Shown: piece by piece, positions 23,606-36,200 of the stretch
Position numbering within the stretch: the stretch's first letter is position 1
Layout of the letters: every line of letters begins with the position of its first letter
From: Malacoraja senta
Lineage: Eukaryota
Length of the DNA: 64,000 bases
NCBI GenBank assembly: GCA_038087875.1
Contig: CM075982.1
Location: forward strand, 2,852,001-2,916,000
Direction: 5' to 3'
Program-made: the position numbers and the translations under genes
Notes under the pieces: model-generated
The model's input: only the letters and a program-made list of their open reading frames with translations
What the model was told of the DNA's origin: nothing
Database searches by the model: none

Positions 23606-26600
23606 GATAGGGTAGACAGTCAGAGCCTTTTTGCCTTAAGGGTGGTAATATCAAAGACTAGAGAGCACAGCCTTAAGGTGAGAAGGACAACATTTAAAGG
23701 AGAAGTACAGGGCAAGCTTTATTTACACAGAGAGTGGCGAGTAGCTGGAAGGCACTGCCAGGGGTGGTGGTCGAACCAGAAACGACAATGGCTTTTAAGA
23801 GGCTTTTAGATAGGCACAAGGGGTGGGAGATTGCATTTGTCGAAACAGGGTGGACCACGTGAAGGTTGCAATCAACCTGGCCTGCACAAATGGAAGGTCA
23901 AACAGAACAAGTTGTCTTACAACTTCAGGCTGTGCACGCCATACGCAAGAAGAAGAAGATAGGCACATGGATTATATGCAGAGATATGGATCACGAGTAG
24001 TCAGAGGAGATTAGTTTGACTTGGTATTGTTGTCAGCATGGGCATTGTGTCTAAAGGGCCTGTTCCTCTGCTGGACTGTCCTAATGTTCTACATTGTAAT
24101 GAACAGGGAACAGAATGGTTTAATCTTGATTCATCCCAAAATCCTAAATCTCCTTTAATTTCCTTATTTTAGATTTGATTATTTTACTGACTTTAACGCA
24201 AGGTTCCTGGACATACAACCATAGGTTATAAACTTGTAATGTTAATTGCAATAATTGTATAGCACGGGTGCAATCAGGTGTGTTAAACATGTCAGCATCA
24301 ATGCTTGGCAAAGTTTATTGAAATTGTGAAACTCTAAAACATGTGTTGATTTCAGTCTGAAGAAGAGATTCAACCAGAAACATCACCTACCCATATTATC
24401 GGAGATCCTGCCTGACCTGCTGAGTTTGTCCCCCAGGTTTGTAGGTTAATTGGCTTTGGTAATATTTTAAATTGCCCCTAGTGTAGGACAGTGGTGGTCT
24501 ACGGGGTGATCGATGGTCGGCGCGGACTCGGTGGGTCGAAAGGTCTGTTTCCACGCTGTATCTCTAAAGTCTAAAAGTCTAACGATGGTCTAAAAGAGCA
24601 ACACTTTTTTTCGGGGAAGAGGGAGGCAGGGCAACAAAAAAAAACTTTACTCCACCAGTTTCTGTGACATTGCGATTTAGAATCTGACTGTGATACCTCG
24701 TATACCGAATGCTGCAAAAATATCCCTCAAAATGTGACCTCTTTTCATTAAGGTTAATATTAGTCCTTTTGATTTTGATTAAAGAATGATCCAGAATAAT
24801 GGGCCTGGACTACGCTTGGATCTACACCACCAGATTCAGACACAATAGTTTATCAAATTCAGCCCATTTCACAAACTAAATCCTTTTTCTGTTCTGCCCA
24901 TAATCAGCCAACTGACTTCATCCAAATTTAATTATATGCATGGATAAAAAAAATGTTTCTTTTATATAAACTGCATGGAAATCCACAAAGAAACATCAGG
25001 TAGAACACTGTGAAGTGTGTCAGTTGAGACAGCCCTTAAACTGCATCTCCAGAGATTCCCCCCCAAAAGCAATAAGATGCACAGAAAAGGTTAAAAAAAA
25101 AAGGCACGTCGAATGTTTTATTTTATCAGTCAAGATATAAAAAAAGACGCAAAGGAGATTTGCAAGGATATTTCCAAGGCAGGAAAATATTGCCTACAAG
25201 CTTAGACTAACAAGCTGCACAGTGTCAGAGACCCGGGTTCGATCCCGACTACGGGTGCTGTCTATACGAAGTTTGCGCGTTCTCCCCGTAACCTGGGTGG
25301 GTTTTCTTCCGAGATCTTCAGTTTCCTCCCACACTCCAAAGAAGTACAGGTTCGTTCGTGGGTTAATTGGCTTGGTATAAGTATCAATTGGCCCTAGTGT
25401 GTGTAGGACAGTGTTACCGTGCGGGGATAGGTGGTCGGTGCGGAATCGGTGGGCCGAAGGGCCTGTTTCCACGCTGTATCTAATTGAAGTGTGCAGAATT
25501 TTCCAAGGCTGAAACAGAAGGTAGGCAGTCAGCACCTTTTCCCCGGTGTAGAAATGTCAAGGACTAGAGGGCATAGCTTTAAGGTGAAAGGGGAAAGGGG
25601 AAAAGTTTAAAGGAGATGTACAGGGCAAGTTGTTTTTTGACACAGAGTGGCAGATAACTGGAACTTGCTGCCAGGGGTGGGGGTGGAGGCAGATACGATA
25701 GTGGCGTTTAAGGGATTTTTAGATGGGCATGTGGATATGCATGGAATGGAGGGATATACATCATGTGCAAAATAGATTAGTTTAACAGGGTGGAAAAAGA
25801 GCCTATTTCCCTTTAGAGGAAGAGTTAAATACGAGGGAACTAGTTGAAGAATAAGAGTTGAGGAAAACCATTTTATCCACAGTGGCGCAGGGGCAGAGTC
25901 GCCGCCACACAGCGGCAGATAGTCCGGTTAGATTCTGACTTTGGTGCTGTCTGCGTGGAGTTTCTCCCTGTGACCATGTGGGTTTTCTCCAGGTGCTCCA
26001 GTTTCCTCCCACAATCCAAAGGCGTGCAAGTTTGTAGGTTAATTGGCTTTGGTAAAATTGAAAATTGTCCCCGGTATGTAGGATAGAACTAGTGTACGGG
26101 TGATCGTTGGTCGGCACAGATTTGATGGGCCGAAGGGCCTGTTTTCACACTTCCACATATCTCTATACTAAACAAAGGATGGTTGATGCCTGGAAGTTAC
26201 TGGAAGGGAGACATTGAAAATAGAAGCTCACATAACACTGTAGGGAGGAAATGTAGATGCTGGTTTAAACCAAAGACAGACACAAAAAGCAGGTGTAACT
26301 CAGCGGGTCAGGCAGCTTCTCTGGAAAAAAGGGAATAGTTGATGTTTCTGGTCGAGACCCTTCTTCGGACTGAGACTCAGGGAAAAGGGGAACGAGAGAT
26401 ATAACAGGACTAAGTCCTTTGTCCTGAGTACCGTCTATATCTCTCGTTCCGTTTTTCCCAGACTCTGAAGAAGGGTCTCGACCCGAAACATCACCCACTC
26501 CGTTTCTCCAGTGATGCTGCCTGACCCACCGAGTTACTCCAGCTTTTTGTGTCTGCCCATATTTCATTTTATTTTTAAAAGTACTTAATTAGGCAGATAG

Positions 26601-27424
26601 AAATTGTAAGATTGTGAAGAGTCGATGGGCTGAATGGTCTCCTGTGCTGTACATTTCTATGATTTTATACCAGATGATAATCGGCTGCAAAGAGGAGGCT
26701 TTAAACCTTGAGCCAAGATATTTGACTTTAAATCATCGCTTACACATTACATCAAGGATGGTCATAATATCCATCACTATAAAGCAGCATATACTCATTC
26801 TCCCATTCTAGACGATCGCAACACTTTAAGAGAAATGGGTTAGAAAAGGTATTAAATTGTCCAGGACACCAATTAGAAGAAACAGTCGCTGAGGATGAAA
26901 TGATATTAACCTTGGGTTGACAGTCATAGCAAATAATTAAAAATAGAGAGCAAGTTACAAATGCAAAAAAAAAAATCTTAATGTAATAGAAATGCGTTGA
27001 GAGGGCAAGGCACCTCAATTCATAAGCCACTTAACCAGAAACCTGATATGGCCACTTCCTGGCTTTTGAATTGAAAAAAAGTTTCAGCCTGTGTGGTTCA
27101 GTGGTGCAGCTGGAAGAGCTATTGTACCACAGTGACGGGGACCCAGGTTTGAACCTGATCTCGAGTGCTGTCTGTGTGAAGTTTGCATGCTCTCCATGGG
27201 ACTTTGAAAAAGGTGCCAAATCCTGGTAAATCTTGCATATGGACTCAGTGGGCTGTTTCTATGCATTATGTACTTAACTGGGGACTGTACTGAGGCATGG
27301 CAATAATCTTCCACAAATATTGGCTTCAATTATTTTTAAATGGCTCCGACATTCAAAAATACTTTAATTCTCCATCTAACAAAAGACAATGATCTGCACC
27401 ATAGTTTGGTAGTAGAAATAAAGG

Positions 27425-28825
27425 CGTAGATTTTCTAAATGAGGAGAGAATCCAAAACTCGGAGGTGCAAAGGGACTTTGGGAACCTGTACCAGAACTCC
27501 CAAAAGTTCAAATCGGTAGAAAAGGTAAACATAATGCTAACATTTATTTCAACGGATGAATAGAAAAACAGAGATGTGACGCTGAGGCTCTATGAGGCGC
27601 TGGTCAAGGTTTCAAGGTCAGTTTACTGTCACATGTACCAATTAAGATAATGACATTCAAATTACCATACAGCCATACTAAAAAAGCAACAAGACACACA
27701 ACTACATAAAAGTAAACATAATCATCCACCACAGCCGATTCCCCACATTCCTCACTATGATGGAAGGCAATAAAGTTCCATCTTCTTCCTCTTTATTCTC
27801 CCGCGGTCGGGACAGTCGAACCATGTGCAGTCGGGGTGATCAAAGCTCCAGCAGCTGGCAGTCGAAGGCCTCGCGTCTGGGCGATCGAAACTCCCGCGTC
27901 GGGGCGGTCGAAGCCCCCGCGGCTTGGAGTTCCCCAAGTCAGTCTCTGACCAGAGAGCACGGGCTCCACGATGTTAAAGTCCGCAGGCTCCCCCGGTGGA
28001 GGTCAGAGGTCGATCCCTGGCAAAGTCGGTCTCCAGCAAAGGCCGGCAACTCCTCAATGTTAGGCCGCAGTGCAGACAGAGATACGATACCCAAAAAATT
28101 AATTCCGTTTCCGTCGAGGTAAGAGATTAGAAAATGTTTCCCCCAATACCCCCCCCCCCACATAAAATAAGCTAAAGAACACTAAAAACATAGTTAACAC
28201 ATACAAACAGACAACAAAGAAGGAAAGGACAGACAGACTGTTGGTGAGGCAGCCATTGCTGACGCCAAATGGCTGCATTTGGAGTATTGTGAGCAATTTT
28301 GAGCACCATATCTGAGGAAGGATGCGCTGGCTCTGGAGAGGGTCCAGAGGAGGTTTACAAGAATAATCCCAGGAATGAGTCGGTTAACATATGATGAGCT
28401 TTTGACGGCATTGGGCTTGTACTCACTGGAGTTTAGTAGAATGAGGGGGACCTCATTGAAATGTACCGAATAGTGAAAGGCTTGGACAGAGTGGATGTGG
28501 AGAGGATGTTTCCATTAGTGGGAGAGTCTAGGACTAGAGGCCATAGCCTCAGAATTAAAGTTCCTTTAGGAAGTAGATGATGCGGAATTTATTTAGTCAG
28601 AGGGTGGTGAATCTGTGGAATTCTTTGCCAACAAAGGCTGTGGAGGCCAAGACAATGAATATTTTTAAGGCAGAGATAGATAAATTCTTGATTAGTGCGG
28701 GTGTCAGGGTTTATGGGGAGAAGGCAGGAGAATGGGGTTAGGAGGGAGAGATAGATCAGCCATGATTGAATAGCGGAGTAGACTTGATGGGCCGAATGCC
28801 CTAATTCTGCTCCTATCATTTATGA
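27425..28825 (+). mobile_element. Degraded CR1 fragment interrupted by a nested insertion (27609-28266)
   Basis: The L.LY.ALV / .HLEYC motif is split across the insertion. Downstream QRVVNLWNSLP and tail are present. Confidence 0.8.
27609..28266 (-). mobile_element. Second copy of the CpG-rich non-coding retroposon
   Basis: Reverse complement matches 4227-5225 along its length. Confidence 0.75.
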
Positions 28826-29195
28826 CTTCACCATCGCTAAAAGACTCCAGAATTGGGTTGCCTAAGTGTGGCCTTGCAGGGACTTGGTGGTCCACTTCCA
28901 AGCAGGGATAGGTGCCGGGGTAGCCACGATTCAGTCCATCCAACCACAGGAGCAAAGCTCCTTTGATGCACATCTCAATGTAAAAGGCACAAAGAACCTT
29001 TGTTTGCATGGTCTTCCTGTGATCACGAGGGTTTTCTCCGGGTGCTCCGGTTTTCTCTCACATCCCCAAGATGTGCAAAGCTTGTTGGTTGATTGAGCTT
29101 CTGTAAAATTGTCCCCAGTGCATAGGATAGAACGAGTGCACTGGGAACGCTGGTCAGCAAGTCTAAACTATTATCTCCAAAACTAAAACTAACTA

Positions 29196-30393
29196 CAGTG
29201 CCCTCTATGACCCGTCATTTATTTATTTGTCTCTGTACTCCACAATTTGAGATTCGTAATAGAAAAAAATCATATGTGGTTAAAGTGCACATTGTCAGAT
29301 TTTAATAAAGGCCATTTTTATACATTTTGTTTTCACCATGTAGAAATTACCGCAGTGTTTATACACAGTCCCCCCCCCCCCCCCCCCCCCCCCCCCATTT
29401 CAGGGCACCATAATGTTTGGGACACATTAATGTCATGTAAATGAAAGTAGTCATGTTTAGTATTTTGTTGCATATCCTTTGCATGCAATGACTGCTTGAA
29501 GTCTGTGATTCAAGGACATCACCAGTTGCTGGGTGTCTTCTCTGGTGATGCTCTACCGGGCCTGTATTGCAGCCATCTTTAGCTTATGCTTGTTTTGGGG
29601 GCTATTCCCCTTCATCTGTCCACATGACCTTTTTCCAGAACTGTGGTTGCTCTTTTAAGTACTTCTTGGCAAACTGTAACCTGGCCATCCTATTTCTGTG
29701 GTTAACCAGTGGTTTGCACCTTGCAGTGTAGCCTCTGTGTTTCTGTTCATGAAGTCTTCTGCAGACAGTGGTTATTGACAAATCCACACCTGACTCCTGA
29801 AGAGTGTTTCTGATCTGTCGGACAGGTGTTTGGGGATTTTTCTTTATTATAGAGAGAATTCTTCTGTCATCAGCTGTGGAGGTCTTCCTTGGCCTGCCAG
29901 TCCCTTTGCGATTATTAAGCTCACCAGTTGATTTTGGTAAGCCTAAGGTTTGGCTGATGTCTCTAACAGTTTTATTCTTGTTTCTCAGTCTCATAATGGC
30001 TTATTTGACTTTCAGTGGCACAACTTTGGTCCTCATGTTGATAAACAGCAATAAAAGTTTCCAAAGGTGATGGAAAGACTGGAGGAAAGACTAGGTGCTG
30101 AGAGCTCTCTTATACCTGCATGAAGGAGGCAATTAAACACACCTCAGCAATTACAAACACCTGTGAAGCCATGCATCCTAAATATGATGGTGCCCCGAAA
30201 TGGGGGGACTATGTAAAAACACAGCTGTAATTTCTACATGGTGAAACCAAAATGTATAAAAATGGCCTTTATTAAAAATCTGACAATGTGCACTTTAACC
30301 ACATGTGATTTTTTTCTATCACAAATCTCAAATTGTGGAGTGCAGAGGCAAATAAATAAATGATGGGTCTTTGTCCCAATATGGAGGGCACTG
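29196..30393 (-). mobile_element. Internally deleted Tc1-family transposon (second family)
   Basis: TA-flanked CAGTGCCCTC...GAGGGCACTG with ~220-bp TIRs. The minus-strand remnant (29457-30036) reads MRTKVV..GRPRKT..FWKKVMWTDE fused to C-terminal RLQAVIACKGYATKY*. The catalytic middle is missing and stops are present. Confidence 0.92.
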
Positions 30394-30416
30394 TACATTT
30401 TACTTGCAGATGCTAA

Positions 30417-30631
30417 TGGGCCTGTCCCACTTAGGTGATTACCAAAATATTTTCAACATGTTGAAAAATTTTCGGTGACAGTGGCGATGATTTGGGCTGT
30501 CGTAGGTTATCGGCAAGTTAACGTAGGTTGTCGCCGGGTGACGTAGGTTGTCGCCAGTGCTGACTTCGGTGAATTCCATTGTCTTAGTCGCTGGCAGTCG
30601 CCTAAAAAATAGCCTAAGTGGGACAGGCCCA
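30417..30631. mobile_element. Short MITE with the same TIR family
   Basis: taa|tgggcctgtcccacttagg ... cctaagtgggacaggccca|tta. Internal repeat of cgtaggtt(g/a)tcg. Confidence 0.8.
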
Positions 30632-31851
30632 TTAAACTGGAGTCATTATAGCCGAAATCACAGGATATTACATGTAGTGTGAATGAGGGCACGGAATGAT
30701 TTCTTTAAATTAAAGTGTTAACCACTCTTGATTTATATATGTGAATCTATAATTTTGTTAACACCCCTACTCTGGATGACTTCCAAGGATGTGTTTTGAG
30801 AGGTAACTGAATGTCTCTCTAGAGCAGATGCATCTGTCAAACTCCTCTGAGGTGACACTGTTCAATGCACTTATTTAACCTTGATCACGTGGTTGAAGTA
30901 TCTTTAGATTTATTAGGTCCGTTCTGAATAAACTTGTATTACACAGAAGTAAGAAACCAGTCCAAGTCATGAACACACAATTTGAAAAAATGACTCACGG
31001 TGATGTATAGAAAAGCATTCAAGGAGGCCCCAGGTGTAAAATAGGTCTGTTCATAACACATCAAATGATATTGTTACAGAAATGGTTTTTCATATCACCA
31101 TTTGGCAATTTAGTCACTAAGCTGACAATTATACAACAATAGTTTACCTCACAATATAGTTTCAGTTGCAATGCATGCTGTTTTTATTATTGGACACAGT
31201 TGACTAATTTGACGAGTCACAGCACCAACTGTTTATTCTGCAATACCTCTGTAATGATATTGCATTCCCGGCTGGTAATGAAACATGGCACTTTCCACAG
31301 CTTGTAATGTAACTCATTAAATAAGTTAACAACATGCATTTTGCAAACAAGGTGAAATAATTATTACGCATTTTGACCCATCCAATCGCCTTCATTCAAC
31401 ACCATGCATGCATCAATCAAAATTCCCAATTACTAAAGTCCTACTTTTGCATTTATCCAGTCCCGTATATGGCAGCACTCAAAATTAAAAGCACAACTTT
31501 GCTTTATTTGACAGTGGCTGAGATGCTAAATCAAAAGAAAATGGCATGTCTGAAGTAAAATAACATGGTGTTTATTGTACCATCACCACACAGTAATGTG
31601 ATTTATGTAAGATGAATCTTTTAGAGAACAATGTTATTGGCTACTCTACTGAGTTGATTTTAATAAAGTTTTTATTTAAAGATTGTTTGCAAAATTAATT
31701 GTTGCTTATTACCTAAATTAATTAATGCCACTGTTTAATTGTAACCAATTAAAATTGGATTTTTAAAAATATTACTTTGCAATCTCTGGATCATTTGCCA
31801 AGAGTGCGAAAGAAACACTTTTCTTCACCTTGTGTTTGATGCACCTAAATT

Positions 31852-32165
31852 GGGCGGCACACTGCCGCAGCAGTATAGTTGCTGCCTTACAGCCGCAGAG
31901 AGCTGGGTTCGATCTTGACCATGGGTGCTGTCTGTACGCAGTTGGCACGTTCTCCCAGTGAGCTTGTGTGTTTTCCCCGCGGGTGCTCCGGTTTCCTCCC
32001 ACACTCCAAAGACACAGGTTTGTACATTAATTGGCTTCGGAAAAAGATTGTAAATTATCCCCAGTGTATAGGATCGTGCAAATGTGGTCGCTGGTTGGCG
32101 CAGACTCGGTGGGCAGAAGGGCCTGTTTCCACGCCGTTTCCATCTCTAAAGTAAAGACTAAACTA
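31852..32165 (+). mobile_element. tRNA-derived V-SINE (HE1-like)
   Basis: Full-length copy with A/B boxes, gctccggtttcctcccacactccaaagac and tail. Confidence 0.85.
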
Positions 32166-32702
32166 ATGTAAAGTGGCTTTTTACTGGATTCTGATTTAGA
32201 GTTTGCAACTTGTGTTCAAAATCCTGGGTAACACATGGAGAGCCTGTAAAATAACCGTCATTGATAGTTTGAAGAATGGACATTTGATTAAAAGATGTAA
32301 TGCTCCAACATACAAGGCCACAATGTCTCATGAATCACAAGTTCACTAGTTATAGTAGAATTATATTCTTGTTCCTGGAATCAATAGTGAACAGGAAGAC
32401 AAGAAGAAAAAAGGTCCAGCAATTCAGAATTTTCCAACCTGGGTTTAGTCTTTCATTGAGTCCAACAATTATCCACTGCACTTTAGTAATTACCCACATC
32501 TAATAAAGGTTATATGGAATTTAGCAAAGATCGACACAAAATGTTGTAGTAACTCAGCGGGACAGGCAGCATCTCTGGAGAGAAGGAATGGGTGACGTTT
32601 CGGGTCGAGACCCTTCTTCAGAAGCATCCTAGGCATTATATGCATCCTAGAATTGTCAAATACACAATTACAATGTAAAACAAACAATTCAACACAACTT
32701 AC

Positions 32703-32840
32703 TGTTCTTCAAAGCAGCTGTAAATTCTGGTCCACCTTTCTTTTTGAAAGAAGCCATGGAGTCCGTCTGGGGAAGAGTATTGGCTGTCACAAGAGCTTTC
32801 TGCAGGAGGATTCTTCCTTCAAGTAGTTGATCCCACAGAG
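32703..32840 (-). CDS. AATF: AATF coding exon 4 (start of the AATF/Che-1 domain)
   Basis: Acceptor ...ttctctctttcaaag. Reads [46 protein letters not shown], then donor gtaagt. Near-identical to AATF '[17 protein letters not shown]...KGGPEFSSALKNS'. 138 nt, phase 1-1. Confidence 0.97.
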
Positions 32841-32876
32841 CTTTGAAAGAGAGAAGGCAAATTGTTTTAACCTTGC

Positions 32877-33272
32877 TGTCCTGGGCCTCCTCCACTGTCG
32901 GAGTGAGGCCAGCTGCAAATTGGAGAAACAGCATCTCATATTTCGCTTGGGCAGCTGACAACCCAGCGGTACGAATTTTGATTTTTCTCATTTCAAGTAA
33001 CCCCGGCATTCCCTTTCTCCCCAACCCTGCACGTCCTGCTAGTTTCACTGTTCGTATCCCTTCGTTATTATCACCTCCACAGCCAACAATGGACCATTGT
33101 GGGCTTCTTCACCAATTGGTGCCGGCTCTGATCTGTTCCGTACCTTTTCACAACTCTAGTTTCTCTCTCCCCTGACTCTCAGTCTGAGGAAGGATCTCGA
33201 CCCAAAATGTCACCTGTTCCTTTGCTCCAGAGATGCTGCCTGACCTGCTGAGTTACTCCAGCATTTTGTGTT
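32877..33272 (+). mobile_element. Penelope-like element 3' remnant plus pLTR
   Basis: tgtcctgggcctcctcca...aaattggagaaacagcatctcatatttcgcttgggcagc is homologous to 18200-18290. pLTR copy at ~33182-33271. Confidence 0.8.
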
Positions 33273-36200
33273 GCTTCTATGCAAATTATTGTAGTTGCTT
33301 CCACTCTACTCTGAGTCTTGTCACTAATCAAGCAAGCTCTGAGGTACAGGAGTGGGATGTGTTGGTAGAAATGCAACCAATTGCAACTGACTGAAAGATG
33401 ACAACCAAATAGTTTATCAAATTTCTGTTTTAATTGCAAGTTACAGAATACAATGCTGCAATATTTTTCAATAAAATTTGTTAGAATGTGTCTTCAGATT
33501 TTGCACTTTTATGACTATTCAGTATTATGATTTTAATATATTGAATTTTTGATCATTGCATTTTATCTATGTGTATTGCATGTTAAGCTGCTGCAAGTAA
33601 GAATGTTATTGTTCTGTTCTAGGTACATGAGACAATTAAACACTTTTGACTCTACTAATGTAGCTTATAAACGTCCCAATATCTTACAATTTCAGATTAC
33701 ATATAGCTACACAAACTAAAATGGAAGGTATCATGGAATATAGAATGTTTGTACCAAACATGATGTTGAGTTAAACCGATCTCATCTGCCTTTACATGAT
33801 CCATATCCCTTTATTATGCCAATCCAAAAGCCTCTTAAATGCCACTGTTGGATCTGCCTCCACCACCACCCCTGGCAGTGTTACAGGTCCCCACTACTCT
33901 CCGTGTGAAAAAACCATGCCCCACACATCTCCATTAGACTTTCTCCTCTCACCTTATAGCTATGCCCCCTAGTGTTGGACCCTTCCACCCTGGGGAAAAA
34001 AAGGTTCTGGCTGTCTATCTATGCCTCTTATATAAGAGGCTCTTATATGCCTCAGTATATAATCTTATATGCTGCTATCATGCCTCCCCTCAACCTCTGA
34101 CGAGTCCAAATGGTAGACGAGTAGAATCAAAGAACTACAGATGCCGGTTTATACCAAAGAAAGACACAAAGTGCAGGAGTAACTCAACGGGTCAGGCAGC
34201 ATTTCTGGAAAAAAGGTTGGGCTGGGATGATTTTGGGTCGGGACCCTTCTTCAGACTGAAACTAGTGAGTGGGGAGGGGGGGTGTGAAGAGCTGGAGCGA
34301 TTAGGGTTGGCAACAAATTATCTTCGGCAGGGTGGTGTCCTGGTAGGCCCATTGTTGGGCACAAAGTACTGGAGCAACCCAGCGGATCAGGCAGCTTCTC
34401 TGGAGAACATGGGTAGGTGCCCGGAACCTTCTTCAGTCTGACTGTACAGGGCAGGCAACCAGGCTTTGCCATTCCTCTCTCCAAGCATTCTTTCCGCCCT
34501 CCAACCCACTCCCTCCCCTTGAATTACTGAAGAAGATTCCTGAACCAAAACATCACCTATCAATGTTCCTCACAGATGTTGCCGCCTGACCCGTTGAGTC
34601 ACTCCAGCACTTTGTTTTTACCCACTCAGCGGGTAAAACAACAACAAATCATCAGAACAAATTTAAGAAAGGCGCAAACAAATATAACCAGGATGGGAAT
34701 GGTTTAATCCCCAATTTAATCACCAGTATTGAACTCAGCACCCAACCTACTGCTGGCAGAGTCACACCCAACTTGTATCCGTTGATTCCTGCTAAAAAGG
34801 AGCAAATGCATTGATTTCCCTCAAGAAAAGGGCAGCACAGTGGCACATCGGCCTTAGGGCGCTTTCAGCGTCAGAGAATTTGTACGTTCTCCCCGTGGCC
34901 GCGTGGTTTTTCTCCCTTATCTTCGGTTTCCTCCCACACTCCAAAGACAAACAGGTTTGCAGGTTAATTGGCTTGGTATAAACGTGTGAGAGTGTGAGAG
35001 CGCGAGAGAGTGCGTGCGTGTAGGATAGTGTTAATGTGCAGGGATCGCTGGTCGGTGCAGATTCGGTAGTCCGGAGGGCCTGTTTCCCTGCTGTATCTCT
35101 AATCTAAACTGAAATTGAAAGAGAAGATCAACACAAAAAGCTGGAATAACTCAGCGGGTCTGACAGCATCTCTGGAGAAAGGGAATAGGTGACATTTTGG
35201 GGTAGAGATCCTTCTTCAGACTGAGGGTCAGGTGAGAGGGAAACTAGGGTCTGAAGAAGGGTCTGAACCCGAAACGTCACCTATTCCTTTTTTCCCCCAG
35301 AGATGCTGTCTGACCCGCTGAGTTACTCCAGCTTTTTGTGTCTATCTTCGGTTTAAACCAGCATCTGCAGTTCCTTCCTACACAATAACACTAAAAGAGT
35401 ACAATTGAGGCCTGTAGTTGAATTTTCTGCCACTGTCTAAATTTGAATGTTAGCAGGCAAGGTATCATAGTACTGTCAGCAACTATTGAATTCCAACAAA
35501 CATCAGTTATAGCTATTGGAGAGACAGGGAAAAGTTGGAGGGAATGAAAGTGTTCATCAGGTTATCATTATACAGAGAGTAAAGTCTATTTTGTGAAAAT
35601 GGGAGGGGAAAAAAAATCAGCATTTACTAGTAGAAAGATACATTACATGTGAAAGTAATGAATTGAATGCAAGACTAACTTAATTTCAAAGTCTGTGTGG
35701 AAAGCTTAGAAATCTATCTGGAGCTTTAATCATCCAGAATTCTGAACCAGCCAAAGTAAGATTTAAATCATAGAAAACAGCAATAGAAGAATTTTAATTA
35801 GATTTTCTTTTAACACACGAAAAAGCAGCAAAGACCAAATTGTGTTTCATTTGCCTGTATACGTTCAGGTGTGTTATTTTAATATACCATCGTCTCTTTC
35901 TTCTTCCAATCTGGGTGGATTGAAAGTTAAAATTGAATCTTGCATTGAAAAGAGTTAGTGTCTGGAGGAAACCAGCATTTCCTGCACGTGATTCGCTACA
36001 GATTAAGATGCAAAGTTCAGGGACTTCGCACGTTACAAGTGACCTGACTTACACAACATCCAGATTCAGGCAAATTCTAAATCGTAGCAGAAGTTTCACC
36101 TAGAGAGTTGTGAATCTGTGGAATTCTCTGCCACAGAAGGCGGTGGAGGTCAATTCACTGGATGTTTTCAAGAGAGAGTTAGATTTAGCTCTTAAGGCTA

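Larger units (their letters stand above)
1..32702 (-). other. AATF: AATF intron 4 (continues beyond the left edge of the window)
   Basis: No exon encoding the next AATF segment (HKALKALL..SL..LQ..L..QYPDT) with splice sites was found by reading 1-32702. Confidence 0.7.

Noticed and set aside
30999-31046. Possible 48-nt cassette exon (ag...gtgagt) in AATF intron 4
   Set aside because: Weak polypyrimidine tract and no similarity to AATF. No support without RNA-seq.
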